In this document: piece after piece, positions 19,816 to 29,625 of the stretch
Numbering within the stretch: position 1 is the stretch's first letter
Layout of the letters: each line of letters starts with the position of its first letter
Origin: an uncultured virus (IMG/VR IMGVR_UViG_3300021091_000024)
Lineage: Duplodnaviria; Heunggongvirae; Uroviricota; Caudoviricetes
DNA: 55,045 bases
Direction: 5' to 3' (one strand)
IMG/VR virus record: IMGVR_UViG_3300021091_000024
Notes under the pieces: model-generated
The model's input: only the letters and a program-made list of their open reading frames with translations
Databases searched by the model: none
Told to the model about the DNA's origin: nothing
Translations under genes and position numbers: made by a program

Positions 19816-21393
19816 ATGGACAAAGAAATGCAGAACACTCTCAGTGTTGACGTCGACGGGAATGTACTTAAGTGCGCGAAGGGTGCCGACGTCTCTGCCT
19901 GCGGCTTCGAGGCCGACTCGAAAATATGCGGTAAATGCGGCGCTATTCCTGTTCAGGCCAAAATTGTACCAGTAGATGAAGAGATGCCAGAGGACGAGGA
20001 AGCACAAGACGAGAAAGCATCTGAAGAGGAGTTGCCCGAGAACGAGGAAGACGAAGAAATGGACTCCGAAGAGGAAAAAATGATGGGTTCGTATAACCCT
20101 CCGTCCAAACTTCGTCGGAAACCCGCCAAGGGGATGCGTACCGACGGAGATATGTCGGAAGACGTAATGGAAGAGGAAGACGACTCTGAAGACGAGGAGT
20201 CGATGAACGAGGAAAAGTACTCCTACTACAAGAAGTACGGCTTTGATAGGTATGTAAAGAAATATGGCAAGAAGCCTTGGGCTCCCGACATGGAGGACGA
20301 GGAAGAGGACATGGAAGAGGAAATGTCCAAGAAAGAAATGAACGAAGAGGACATGTCGGAGGATGACATGGACGAAGATGCCATGGACGACGAAGAGGAC
20401 ATGCAGTACGACGAAGATGAAGAGGAAGACGAAGACGAAGACGAAGACGAAGAGGATATGAAAGGCGCTATGGACCGTGCGTATAAGCGCCGCCTACAGA
20501 CAATGGGCATCAAATCAGCCGATATTGGCTCCTCCGGATATCTTTGCGCTCTTGACAGAAAGGCATATGCGGGACATATTCCCGTGTGTGACAACTGTGA
20601 GGGCGGTTGCGCTTCAGAAAAAGGTATGCCTGGTCTTATTCACGCCGAGGGAATGGCCGAAGAGATTATTGACGGCGTAACCGTGGCTTCTGGCTATTCA
20701 GTTCTTAACGATTTATTTGTCGTTGATGTTCAAAAGAAGTCGGGCAAGACATACGAGGTTTTCTACGAGGCTTCGACCGGGGAGCTACTGGGCTTCCATA
20801 AACTTGAGGACACCCTTAGTATCAAGTCAGCACTTGATGACCTGAGAGTAATTACTATGTTTGAGGCTGCTGATATTGCCGTAAAGGCGATTGACGGTCA
20901 CGTAATTGCGGTTGAGGGAGATTCATTCGAGGGAATAGATGCGTTTGCAGTAGAGGTTGACGGCTTTGATGGCAAATCATATGACGTTTTCGTTTCACTG
21001 GACGGCGAATTGCTTGGATATGACAAGTACGAGATGGATGAGGCTGAGGAAATTGAAGCAGAGGCTGCCGAAATTGCTTTGAAGCGCGCATTTAGCGATG
21101 ATAAGAGACAGGCGATGGCCAAAGAGGGCACGGCAATGCCGGATGGTTCCTACCCAATAGCGGGTGAGGAAGACCTCAAGAATGCAATCCAGGCGTTTGG
21201 TCGAGCCAAAGATAAAGAAGCAACCAAGCGCCACATCATGAAGAGAGCTAAGGAAATGGGCAAAGAAAGCCTGATTCCTACAAACTGGGTGATGGGCGGA
21301 GACTCTGAGAAGAAGTCCTCTGAAGTTGACGCAGAGCTAATGGCATCGCTAATTGAGTTCGAGCTTCTTCAGGCCGAAACAGAAATCAACTAA
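19816..21393 (+). CDS. acidic head-associated protein with Cys clusters, tandem PepSY-like domains and a C-terminal DUF6582-like domain
   Basis: RBS aggag; CAKG..CG..CGKCG; long D/E tract. Two PepSY-like units, e.g. EAADIAVKAIDGHVIAVE...YDVFVSLDGELLG. C-terminus AMPDGSYPI...DLKNAIQAFGRAK...RHIMKRAKEMG. Confidence 0.7.
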   Translation: MDKEMQNTLSVDVDGNVLKCAKGADVSACGFEADSKICGKCGAIPVQAKIVPVDEEMPEDEEAQDEKASEEELPENEEDEEMDSEEEKMMGSYNPPSKLRRKPAKGMRTDGDMSEDVMEEEDDSEDEESMNEEKYSYYKKYGFDRYVKKYGKKPWAPDMEDEEEDMEEEMSKKEMNEEDMSEDDMDEDAMDDEEDMQYDEDEEEDEDEDEDEEDMKGAMDRAYKRRLQTMGIKSADIGSSGYLCALDRKAYAGHIPVCDNCEGGCASEKGMPGLIHAEGMAEEIIDGVTVASGYSVLNDLFVVDVQKKSGKTYEVFYEASTGELLGFHKLEDTLSIKSALDDLRVITMFEAADIAVKAIDGHVIAVEGDSFEGIDAFAVEVDGFDGKSYDVFVSLDGELLGYDKYEMDEAEEIEAEAAEIALKRAFSDDKRQAMAKEGTAMPDGSYPIAGEEDLKNAIQAFGRAKDKEATKRHIMKRAKEMGKESLIPTNWVMGGDSEKKSSEVDAELMASLIEFELLQAETEIN

Positions 21394-21409
21394 AGAAAGC
21401 GGACCCCAA

Positions 21410-24400
21410 ATGGCGGGTACGTTTACGCACAAGACGAGAACACTTGTTTCTCCACGTTTTGTATCTCCACTTGCAGGAAGAAAAAACTTTATAGAGTCTG
21501 CTCAATCGTTCAGACTCTCGATTGGTGCCTCTTCAAAAACACTCACTCTTGACCCGGACTATGCAGTCAAGGCTGCTATGGCTGGTGGTATGGCCCTGCC
21601 CGGCCAAACTGACGATAAGAAGCGGGAGAATAAGGGGGGGCCGCCGGGAATGAAGCATGAGGTCGACGGTTACAGGTTGATGCCTAACGAAACTGCTGGC
21701 CCGGGAAAAGTTCTTCGTTTATTTCCATCATTTGAATCAAGGAATTCAGCGAAGATGGAGCCCAACTTCGGCTTTCTGCCAAAATCTAAACCAGTTTCCG
21801 TGGAGGAAATGAAGCGAAAGCTTGCAGAATCTCCGCTTATTCGCATGGAGAAGTATCAAATAAATCCAAGAAACGGAGAAAAAATAGAGGGTTCAGAGAA
21901 ACTGATGGACCCACTGTACTTCAATAGGGAACTAGATAGAGACAGAAATCCAGACCTCGATGGCATCGAAGGTAAAAGTCTTGGTGACTCGATAGGCAAA
22001 ATCGCTCGCGGGAATAGCCTCATTGGCAGAGTTGCGCAGGGTATAGGTGTGGTCTTTGACGAATTAGGTAAAATGAGATGTCCTCCGGGCACTCCAGCCG
22101 CTAACCAATTTACTGACGCAAACGGTTCTAACTGCTTCGGCGTGAGCCTCCCGAAGCTTGTTGGCAAACTTGTTGAACTAGCTAGGGAAGCCGCGCCAGA
22201 GGGTGAAGAAAGAAGAAGCGCAAAAAGTCTCCAAAAGAGAATTGCCAATTTTATATTTGACTTCGATAACAGCAGATTCGGCAGAGTTTCGTGGTATGAC
22301 GAAAACGGCAAGCGAATGGGTTTCGGCGAGTACAGAAAGTACCGCGACAAGGGCGGGGTTGCAGAGGGCGAGCGCTGGTTCGTCAATGCAATGGTTCGAG
22401 CCGAGGAGGAGTTTAGACGTCAAGGCGAAAGAGTAAGGGAGCTCCAGGAAAGGCTAGGAATAGATTCCTCTGATGCCAAAAGAGCAACAAACGCAGACCT
22501 CGTAGAGACAATCGACAAACTCCGAGAAAATGGGGTCATTAATACAAGACTAAAAAACAGAGATACTCCCGACATTGTCGAGGCAAGAATCAGGGCTCGA
22601 CTGGAAGCTGACCCAACATACAAGTCCTTGTCAAGAGAGGATAAAGAGATTCTTGTTAAGGGTGACATAGCTAGGTATTACGAGACAGAAAGAGCCTCAC
22701 TCGAGGCGTTCATAGACGAGGTAATCAAAAACCCGGAGCACATAAAGGACGTAATTGACTCCATCAGTTATGTCAATGGTAGAGATGAGGACGACGGAGC
22801 TTTCTCTATAGGAGGAATAGTTGGCGGAGAAAAGCTTTTAGGGAACATAGACCTAGATATAACCCACATGATGGGCAGACAAGAAAGCGAAATGCCCAAT
22901 CTTAAAACGAATGAGCGCTTAAGAATATATGCAGAAGGTGGAAAAACTGAAGCAGAGAGAGTTGCACATCTGCACGACTTTTTAGTTAACTCAAATGCTT
23001 TTGCCACCAATATGGCATGCATGGTTGAGGGGCCTTCTGGCATAGGTCGCCATACGATGAAGCACGAAATAGCGCACTCAATACAAGCCAAAGCACTTCA
23101 CGAATACGTTAAGAACATGCTTGCTACTGGTGGAAGCATCAAGATTGGAAGAAGGGAAATAACCGACCCGTCAAAGCTCACGGCCGGAGATATACTCAAA
23201 ATAATGCGGGGGGAGACAAGCGTTCCTCTCGACGCAATTAAGGGCCTCCAGACCAGGGGTGAAGCAGTCTCCTTCCTGGCTGGAAGATATATATGGGAAG
23301 CAAACCCAGAAGGCACGTCAAGCCGCTCGATGGAGATAGGCGCGGAGCTATGGGCTCTCAGAAGCCTTGGTCTTATTTTTGGAGATGACGTAGACGCCGC
23401 ACTTGAGTACATGGACGACTTCGCCTATGGAAAAACTTTCTCAGATAGGGCCGCATCTGACGCTGATGCCATTAGAGCGGTGGCTGATTCCTATTATGAC
23501 GCCGGTAGCAGAATAGCTAGAGATAGGGCTGAAAGAGTAAAAGAGCGCTATATAGAGGCCAAGAATGACGAGATAAAGCGTCTAAAAGAGCGTGCAAAAA
23601 CGATGTCAGAAGACGACATTATCGACATGCTTCTCACTCTGAACGAAGACCTCAATGTGATGGATGAGGCGCTTGAAGGGTCTGACGAGACTGCAGACTC
23701 ACTGTGGCGCGAGGTAGCGGATAGAGACGCCGCAATAAGAATGATTCACGAACTGACAAAGGCTTGGGCCAAGAGGTTTACCGTCTTGCCATCACGTGAG
23801 GCAATGGAAAGGCTCGAAGAGCTTCTTGCCGACAAGATGGCAGATAGGGGAACTCTTCCTCCTGACAAGGTTAAAGAGCGCGCAGAGGCAGTTTTCATGG
23901 AGACCATCAGGACCGATGCCTCGTCTATGTCCATGGACGACCTGGTCAATGCATTCGTAGACGCTGAGCTTTCTAGGAAAGCGGAAGGCTTGTCTACCGA
24001 AGAGCGCGATGTCCTAAAGAAAATGGCAGGAATATATAGGGACGAGTACATAAAGAGAAGAACATCCGGAGTTGACTCAGTTGACAGAGAGGATGCTGTA
24101 AAAGAGCTAAAGGGAAAACTCAAGGAAAAATCAAAGCCAGAAACTATCGGTGGAGATGAAAGTGGTGGTTTTTCCGGAACAGGGCCAAAGAAGAAAAAGC
24201 CAGCAAAGAAATTTGACTCCCATAATGGGAAAAATGGTGCGCGCACTCATGCAATAAGCGAAAGAGAAAAACTTCTCGAGCAGGCAACTGCCGCCGAAAG
24301 GGATGCTCTCGTTGAGATGGGCGACGCTGAAAACGACACCGGGAAACTCCTAGACCCAGAAACTGTCATGGGGGCAATTGCTGCCATAGCCAGAAGACGC

Positions 24401-27400
24401 AGAAGAGCGCAAAAGCTCGGAATTAAAGATGACCCAAAGAATAGATACATAGCAGACCTTGAGCAGCAGCTAGAAAATATATTGATTCCGTTCCTGGAGT
24501 TGATGGATAAATCATCACTTTCCGAGACCATAGAAATAGAGGCAACAGAAGGAATACCTGATGAGATAATTCAGGAAATACTCAGGGGAGAATTAACTGA
24601 GCTAGAGCACAGCCTGTTGACTGGCCGAGTTCCTACGTCGTCTAATCCAGTTGGCCCTGGAAAGGTAGTAATTCGCGTACCGGAGGGAAGCAAGGGCATT
24701 TATCCTGACTGGTCATTTGATAAGGAAAAGGACGACGGGATACAAAGGATAGTCCTTCCAAGTGGAGATGTCCGTGTTGCAGAAATAAGAGAAGACGGCA
24801 CCATTGTTCTAGAGGTAGTTTCTCAGAAAGATACAGAAGCAGCCCTGGACGACCTAGTTAAGAGCGTAGCCCCTGGAGATGGAAGTCCTGATACTAAGGA
24901 TTGGGCGCAACGCAAGGGCGCAGAAAAGAAGATAAAGAGAGTCGTTGATAAGCACATCAACAAGCGGCGTGAAGAAGGGCGGTACTCAGAACCAAGAGTT
25001 GCCGAGCCAGAAAAGACACGCATAGAAGACGACAACGATTCCGTATTGGATATATTCGATTTTCCTGATGAGCCTTCAGATTCAGACCCATCTCCAGATA
25101 AACCAAAGCCGAAGCCCAGCAACCCATCTGGCGGCGGGGGTTCTGCTGGTGAAGAAAAGCCGTTTTCGTGGGAAGATTTTGGTAAACCAAAACCAAAACC
25201 GGAAACTCCAAAGCCAAAGAACAGGCCTTCATATGGCAGGGAAAGAAGAAATTCAACGGCAGCGATTAATAGAGTTGTCGAAGCCGGTAAGAGAGATAGA
25301 TTTCCGGGCCCTGGCTCTGTTGCTAGAGATGAACTGCAAAGAATACAGGAACAACTAGACGGCACAAGATACACAAATTACAGTTCTTCCGCAAGAAAAG
25401 TCACCTCGTTGATGAGGGAAAAGTTTGGTACGGACCAATTATCGGACCTTACTGATGAACAGTTAAGCGAACTGATAGATGATGTCAAAAAAATTGCTGA
25501 TGGTATCACTGGGGACAAGAGGTCGAGAAGCGGAGAAATATCACTAAACCAAAAGCAGTCAATGAGTAGACTTGCATCTTCGCTGCATGACTTTTTGGAC
25601 ATACGCAGCATGATAAAGAACAATAACTATTCGGACCCATACGAAGGTCCTTCTCGCGGTTATCTGATTGACTGGGACAACATCCCAGAGATTAAGCCAT
25701 ATATGGGTGGCGGGGACAGAATGTCATCCGGGAAAAAATGGGGCTCTGCTCCTTCCGGCGAAGTGTTAAACAGGGCGAAAAAGTCATCAAGAACTGACGA
25801 GCTAGATGAAATTTTTGGCATGCCTCAAAGCCGGACCGAAAGAATAGGAATGATGCATGAACAAAGAAACAGCGTCCTGGCTTCTTTGAGAGACATGCTA
25901 GACAGGGTTCCGGGAGCAGAAGAAGAGCTCGGCCTTAACTCCGGCGGAATAGACCCAGTAGTTCTCGATTTGATTAAAAATTCTTCCGATGAAGAAATTT
26001 CTGAAATTCTAAATACGGCTGCCAAGAGGTTCCATTCCCAGATTGACTCAAGACCGAGAGTCAGGATGCGTACAGAAGAGCTTGACGCATTTGTTGATAA
26101 TGGTAGATATGGAAGAGAATCAAGATTTAGTTCTGGAGGAAAATCACGCCCAGATATAGCCGGAGTTGTGCTAAAGGGCGGACTAAAGAAGAGAGCAAAA
26201 GACGCAGCCATCAGCAAGGTCATAGAGAGATTCGACCTTAGCGAGGAAGAGCGCGATGTTGCTGAGATAATTCTTGATACAACCCTAAACCTGAGATATG
26301 GGCCACAAGCAGCTCTTACTGGTTTGGCCATAGAACTAGCAAGACGAGGTGGCAGAGAAGTAGCGGAAAGAACGCTAGACAAGCTTGTAGAGAACGGAAA
26401 AATCACTAGAGCTCAAGCTGATTCTGTTCTTTCAAAGATAGGCAGAATTGCTCCAGATGGACTGCCGGATAGGGCTGTTGATGCTGCGGTCGACAGCCTA
26501 AAGAGGGCAACAGAGAAAGCCAAAGAGCTAGCCGAAAGTGACTCCGTTAGGGCTGCTGGAGAGAAAGCCAAAGAAGTTGCTGGTGCAGCTGGAGATAAAG
26601 CGCGGGATGCCGCCAGTGCGGCGCGCGACAAAACCAGAAGTGTTGTTGGCAGATTGAGCAGGAGGGCCAAGGGCGACCGCTCGGTGGCAGACATAGAGGC
26701 TCTTGATTCACCAGAAACCGCCTTCACAGTTGGCGACGTAATAGATGACCCGTTTGGTTTACCCCCATCAGATAGTTCAAGATTCTCATCTGGGGCAACT
26801 AGGCGCAAGGTTAAAAATGGTTCTGTAAACAAAGAAACAGAAACTCTAACGACACCAGTTCTTAGCGATACAACTGATGATGTTTATGGCATTAGAACTC
26901 AGAAAAGATTTTCCTACCCGGTACACACAATAGACGGTCAAAAAGTTTCATTTGGTGGCCCCAAGGAGGGTATTGCTGATGATGTGGAAAGATTACCGAT
27001 AAACCCATATGCCATAAGTGGTTTAGACAGAACGACAAAAGAAGGTCGCGATATGGCTAGAAAATGGATTACTGCAAGGGCATATCACAGAGAGTATGGG
27101 GATAAAAATACCGAACCAACATACGTAGACGCCCTCCTATATGCGGCATCGCGAGGAGACAGCGACGCAGCAAAAGAATTGGATGAACTATCAGAAGCTG
27201 GTGAAAAAATAATAGCGAGAATGAAAGGGGAACAAAAAGAATTCCAACTTTCTCGCTTCTCAGACCAGGCGTCAAGCGCTAGAGCTTTTGGAGCAAAGAA
27301 AGAAGACCTATTTTTCGTACATGCCGTACCAGCAAAGTTTGAACCAGAAGAAGACGAAGCCGGAAATGTAATAATTCGTCCGCTCGGCGACCATGAGCTA

Positions 27401-27994
27401 AAGAAGGTGGACGGCACCCCTGGCGAGCACCACAGAGGAACTATTCACTTTGCGGTAAATCATTATGTAGGTGGACACGAAGAAAGAACGGGTGGAGCTT
27501 CTACGGTAATCATCGTTCCAATGACGGAAATGATTGATTCAAATCCAGACTCTCTTGAAAACCTATATCCAATAGATTCGTGGATGGTCCCACCGCCTGG
27601 TTCCGGTCTTAAGGTTCCAAAAGGAAAATTTAAAATAGTTAAAACAAATGGAGACAATGGCGACCAGAAAATAGTTGACGATGCTCTCGTTGAGATGGGG
27701 ATGAAGCACCCCATAGAGCCGGGAAGGCTAGAAACAAATACTCGTGGAGCCGCTAAAGCGCTTAATGACATCGCAGCTGAGCTTGGGGCAACCTCCGGGA
27801 TACACAATGGTGCGAGTGTCTCTTCAATGTACGAGGGGGTTACGTTCGATAATGGCTACCCTCTTTATATTTCCCTAGAGGAAATTTCCCGGATAAGCCC
27901 GAACGGCTCCATAAGAATTGCTGATGGTGATAGATGGACGTCAGCAAAGCCGGCAGATATAACAGAGAACACAAGAGGGGGGATTGATTTCTGA
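21410..27994 (+). CDS. second giant (~2190 aa) head-associated multidomain protein: zincin motif, degenerate ART-like fold, [FM]SSG motifs
   Basis: Long ORF; ATG 21410 preferred over TTG 21353. HEIAH at 23063; VVIRVPEGSKG...IVLPSG. RMSSG 25718, RFSSG 26123 and 26780. Confidence 0.85.
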   Translation: MAGTFTHKTRTLVSPRFVSPLAGRKNFIESAQSFRLSIGASSKTLTLDPDYAVKAAMAGGMALPGQTDDKKRENKGGPPGMKHEVDGYRLMPNETAGPGKVLRLFPSFESRNSAKMEPNFGFLPKSKPVSVEEMKRKLAESPLIRMEKYQINPRNGEKIEGSEKLMDPLYFNRELDRDRNPDLDGIEGKSLGDSIGKIARGNSLIGRVAQGIGVVFDELGKMRCPPGTPAANQFTDANGSNCFGVSLPKLVGKLVELAREAAPEGEERRSAKSLQKRIANFIFDFDNSRFGRVSWYDENGKRMGFGEYRKYRDKGGVAEGERWFVNAMVRAEEEFRRQGERVRELQERLGIDSSDAKRATNADLVETIDKLRENGVINTRLKNRDTPDIVEARIRARLEADPTYKSLSREDKEILVKGDIARYYETERASLEAFIDEVIKNPEHIKDVIDSISYVNGRDEDDGAFSIGGIVGGEKLLGNIDLDITHMMGRQESEMPNLKTNERLRIYAEGGKTEAERVAHLHDFLVNSNAFATNMACMVEGPSGIGRHTMKHEIAHSIQAKALHEYVKNMLATGGSIKIGRREITDPSKLTAGDILKIMRGETSVPLDAIKGLQTRGEAVSFLAGRYIWEANPEGTSSRSMEIGAELWALRSLGLIFGDDVDAALEYMDDFAYGKTFSDRAASDADAIRAVADSYYDAGSRIARDRAERVKERYIEAKNDEIKRLKERAKTMSEDDIIDMLLTLNEDLNVMDEALEGSDETADSLWREVADRDAAIRMIHELTKAWAKRFTVLPSREAMERLEELLADKMADRGTLPPDKVKERAEAVFMETIRTDASSMSMDDLVNAFVDAELSRKAEGLSTEERDVLKKMAGIYRDEYIKRRTSGVDSVDREDAVKELKGKLKEKSKPETIGGDESGGFSGTGPKKKKPAKKFDSHNGKNGARTHAISEREKLLEQATAAERDALVEMGDAENDTGKLLDPETVMGAIAAIARRRRRAQKLGIKDDPKNRYIADLEQQLENILIPFLELMDKSSLSETIEIEATEGIPDEIIQEILRGELTELEHSLLTGRVPTSSNPVGPGKVVIRVPEGSKGIYPDWSFDKEKDDGIQRIVLPSGDVRVAEIREDGTIVLEVVSQKDTEAALDDLVKSVAPGDGSPDTKDWAQRKGAEKKIKRVVDKHINKRREEGRYSEPRVAEPEKTRIEDDNDSVLDIFDFPDEPSDSDPSPDKPKPKPSNPSGGGGSAGEEKPFSWEDFGKPKPKPETPKPKNRPSYGRERRNSTAAINRVVEAGKRDRFPGPGSVARDELQRIQEQLDGTRYTNYSSSARKVTSLMREKFGTDQLSDLTDEQLSELIDDVKKIADGITGDKRSRSGEISLNQKQSMSRLASSLHDFLDIRSMIKNNNYSDPYEGPSRGYLIDWDNIPEIKPYMGGGDRMSSGKKWGSAPSGEVLNRAKKSSRTDELDEIFGMPQSRTERIGMMHEQRNSVLASLRDMLDRVPGAEEELGLNSGGIDPVVLDLIKNSSDEEISEILNTAAKRFHSQIDSRPRVRMRTEELDAFVDNGRYGRESRFSSGGKSRPDIAGVVLKGGLKKRAKDAAISKVIERFDLSEEERDVAEIILDTTLNLRYGPQAALTGLAIELARRGGREVAERTLDKLVENGKITRAQADSVLSKIGRIAPDGLPDRAVDAAVDSLKRATEKAKELAESDSVRAAGEKAKEVAGAAGDKARDAASAARDKTRSVVGRLSRRAKGDRSVADIEALDSPETAFTVGDVIDDPFGLPPSDSSRFSSGATRRKVKNGSVNKETETLTTPVLSDTTDDVYGIRTQKRFSYPVHTIDGQKVSFGGPKEGIADDVERLPINPYAISGLDRTTKEGRDMARKWITARAYHREYGDKNTEPTYVDALLYAASRGDSDAAKELDELSEAGEKIIARMKGEQKEFQLSRFSDQASSARAFGAKKEDLFFVHAVPAKFEPEEDEAGNVIIRPLGDHELKKVDGTPGEHHRGTIHFAVNHYVGGHEERTGGASTVIIVPMTEMIDSNPDSLENLYPIDSWMVPPPGSGLKVPKGKFKIVKTNGDNGDQKIVDDALVEMGMKHPIEPGRLETNTRGAAKALNDIAAELGATSGIHNGASVSSMYEGVTFDNGYPLYISLEEISRISPNGSIRIADGDRWTSAKPADITENTRGGIDF

Positions 27995-28194
27995 TGGATA
28001 ACAAAATACCATCAACCCCAGAAGACGTTCCATTTGGCGACTGGAATCCATTCACAGTGTCTTCAGAGCCGTCGGGGGCTTCTTCACGGAGACTTGACAG
28101 AAGAACAGCATTCAAGAATCCCAAAAAAGAAATTCGCAAAAGGAAAGGAATGGTGGCCAAAAGGACATCGTTCACTGGTAACAAAGATGACTGA
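27994..28194 (+). CDS. small basic hypothetical protein
   Basis: Start overlaps the upstream stop (TGATG) and its stop overlaps the next start (ATGACTGA), implying translational coupling. Confidence 0.55.
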   Translation: MDNKIPSTPEDVPFGDWNPFTVSSEPSGASSRRLDRRTAFKNPKKEIRKRKGMVAKRTSFTGNKDD

Positions 28195-29182
28195 GTACAT
28201 AAGGAAGAGATACGAGTCAAGACTCGGCATACCGGATGGGGCCCCAGACGAACTAAGACCAGTTATCGGCTATGTGCGCAATAAGTCAAACGACAAAAAA
28301 GTTGAGTCGAACGCAAAAAGAGACACCAATCCGTGGAGTACTGCCCCAATAGAAGAGGGGGATATTTCACCAAATGGTGAAGTCACGCTTCAGGGCGAAA
28401 TAGAAGTAATACTGAAGCCAGAAATTTCTGGAAGAACAGCCTACATGCGCGGCGACAGCATGGAAACTGGCGGAAGACCAGTGGCGATGCGTTCGGAAGA
28501 TTCTGAAGAAATACTCGACGCCCTAATACATGACGATGGCGCAGACTCTAAGAAGAATATGGCTAGAACAATTATCGGACTGCTAAAGGCGTCTATCGAC
28601 GATGACTTCTCTGGTCTAAATGCCCTCCCCGACAAAGAGGGAAGAATGCCACCGGTAGGCAAAGATGACCCATCTAAAGACAGAGCGCATGAAACCTACG
28701 AAGCACAAATACTTGGCGGCTTCCTTAAAGAAGACGTTCAGGGAATACACTTCCCCTATACGAAAGTTTCTCAAATAGCGGAATCATTGGACATATCAGA
28801 TTTCGCTAATGACAAGTTGTTCATGGACAGGGCAAAGCGTCTAGCCCCATCAATAGAGCCATCACTCATAGTTTCGGCCATAACCGAAAAGGGTCCAATA
28901 AACACCCCTTCTATGCAGAAGTTGCGTGAATATAGAACAGCCAGAAACGTACGGAAAAAGTATGAAAAGTCTGGAATTGGCTATATCAAGTTTTCGCACC
29001 CGGAGGGTAGAAATATAGAGGACCCTAGAAACTACGACAAAATGGCTAGACCGTCAGACGACGTAGAGACAATCATCAAGTCCTTGATAGTCAAGGAGAT
29101 TGACGACATGATTAAAAGCTCCATATCCAAGGGGTTTGGCTTTGAAGGCAAAGTAAAAAAACCAGAAGGGGCTAAGAAATGA
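28187..29182 (+). CDS. DUF3626-like protein (lacks the usual N-terminal segment)
   Basis: R..E..LG...LRPVIGYV, GEIEVILKPEISGRTAYMRGDS, YEAQILGG..EDVQGI. Start taken at ATG 28187. Confidence 0.6.
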   Translation: MTEYIRKRYESRLGIPDGAPDELRPVIGYVRNKSNDKKVESNAKRDTNPWSTAPIEEGDISPNGEVTLQGEIEVILKPEISGRTAYMRGDSMETGGRPVAMRSEDSEEILDALIHDDGADSKKNMARTIIGLLKASIDDDFSGLNALPDKEGRMPPVGKDDPSKDRAHETYEAQILGGFLKEDVQGIHFPYTKVSQIAESLDISDFANDKLFMDRAKRLAPSIEPSLIVSAITEKGPINTPSMQKLREYRTARNVRKKYEKSGIGYIKFSHPEGRNIEDPRNYDKMARPSDDVETIIKSLIVKEIDDMIKSSISKGFGFEGKVKKPEGAKK

Positions 29183-29625
29183 ACAAAGTTTTAGTCGCTT
29201 ATGTCGGTGATTCAAAGCTCTACTACATAGTCGGCACTAGTCCAGGAGAAAAGGATGGCTCCCTCGTCGGCAGGGACGGCAAGAGTAAGGATGTAAACGT
29301 ATTTTCTTACCTATCGAAGACATCGGGGATAACCAAAATCTCTTCCTCCCCTTTTCATAAGTTCTTCTGGGATGGTGATTCTGACCCAAGGAAACGCGCG
29401 ATGTGGAAAGAGGTGTTTGTCCTCAAAATAGAAGACATACCAAAAGAGATGCTTGAAGGGGTAGTCGTATCAGACGGCAAGTCGCAAAAAAGAAAAGCCG
29501 TCATAGACAAAAAGGCCGCAGACTTTGCCAACGGGAATATCCGTGTTCTCGTTAATGACAGACTAATATCGTCTAAAATGATTAAATCAGAAGTTTTACG
29601 CTCGGAAAATATGAGGCGGGACTAA
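29179..29625 (+). CDS. hypothetical protein (head module)
   Basis: 148-aa ORF, ATGA-coupled to the upstream gene. Confidence 0.7.
   Translation: MNKVLVAYVGDSKLYYIVGTSPGEKDGSLVGRDGKSKDVNVFSYLSKTSGITKISSSPFHKFFWDGDSDPRKRAMWKEVFVLKIEDIPKEMLEGVVVSDGKSQKRKAVIDKKAADFANGNIRVLVNDRLISSKMIKSEVLRSENMRRD

Noticed and set aside
20300..20460. gaagac/gaggac runs as a satellite repeat
   Set aside because: This is simply the coding sequence of a D/E-rich tract.
27994..28194. Programmed frameshift joining the 66-aa ORF to the downstream ORF at cccaaaaaag
   Set aside because: Joining needs a +1 shift rather than the usual -1, and the ATGACTGA overlap is simply explained by translational coupling.
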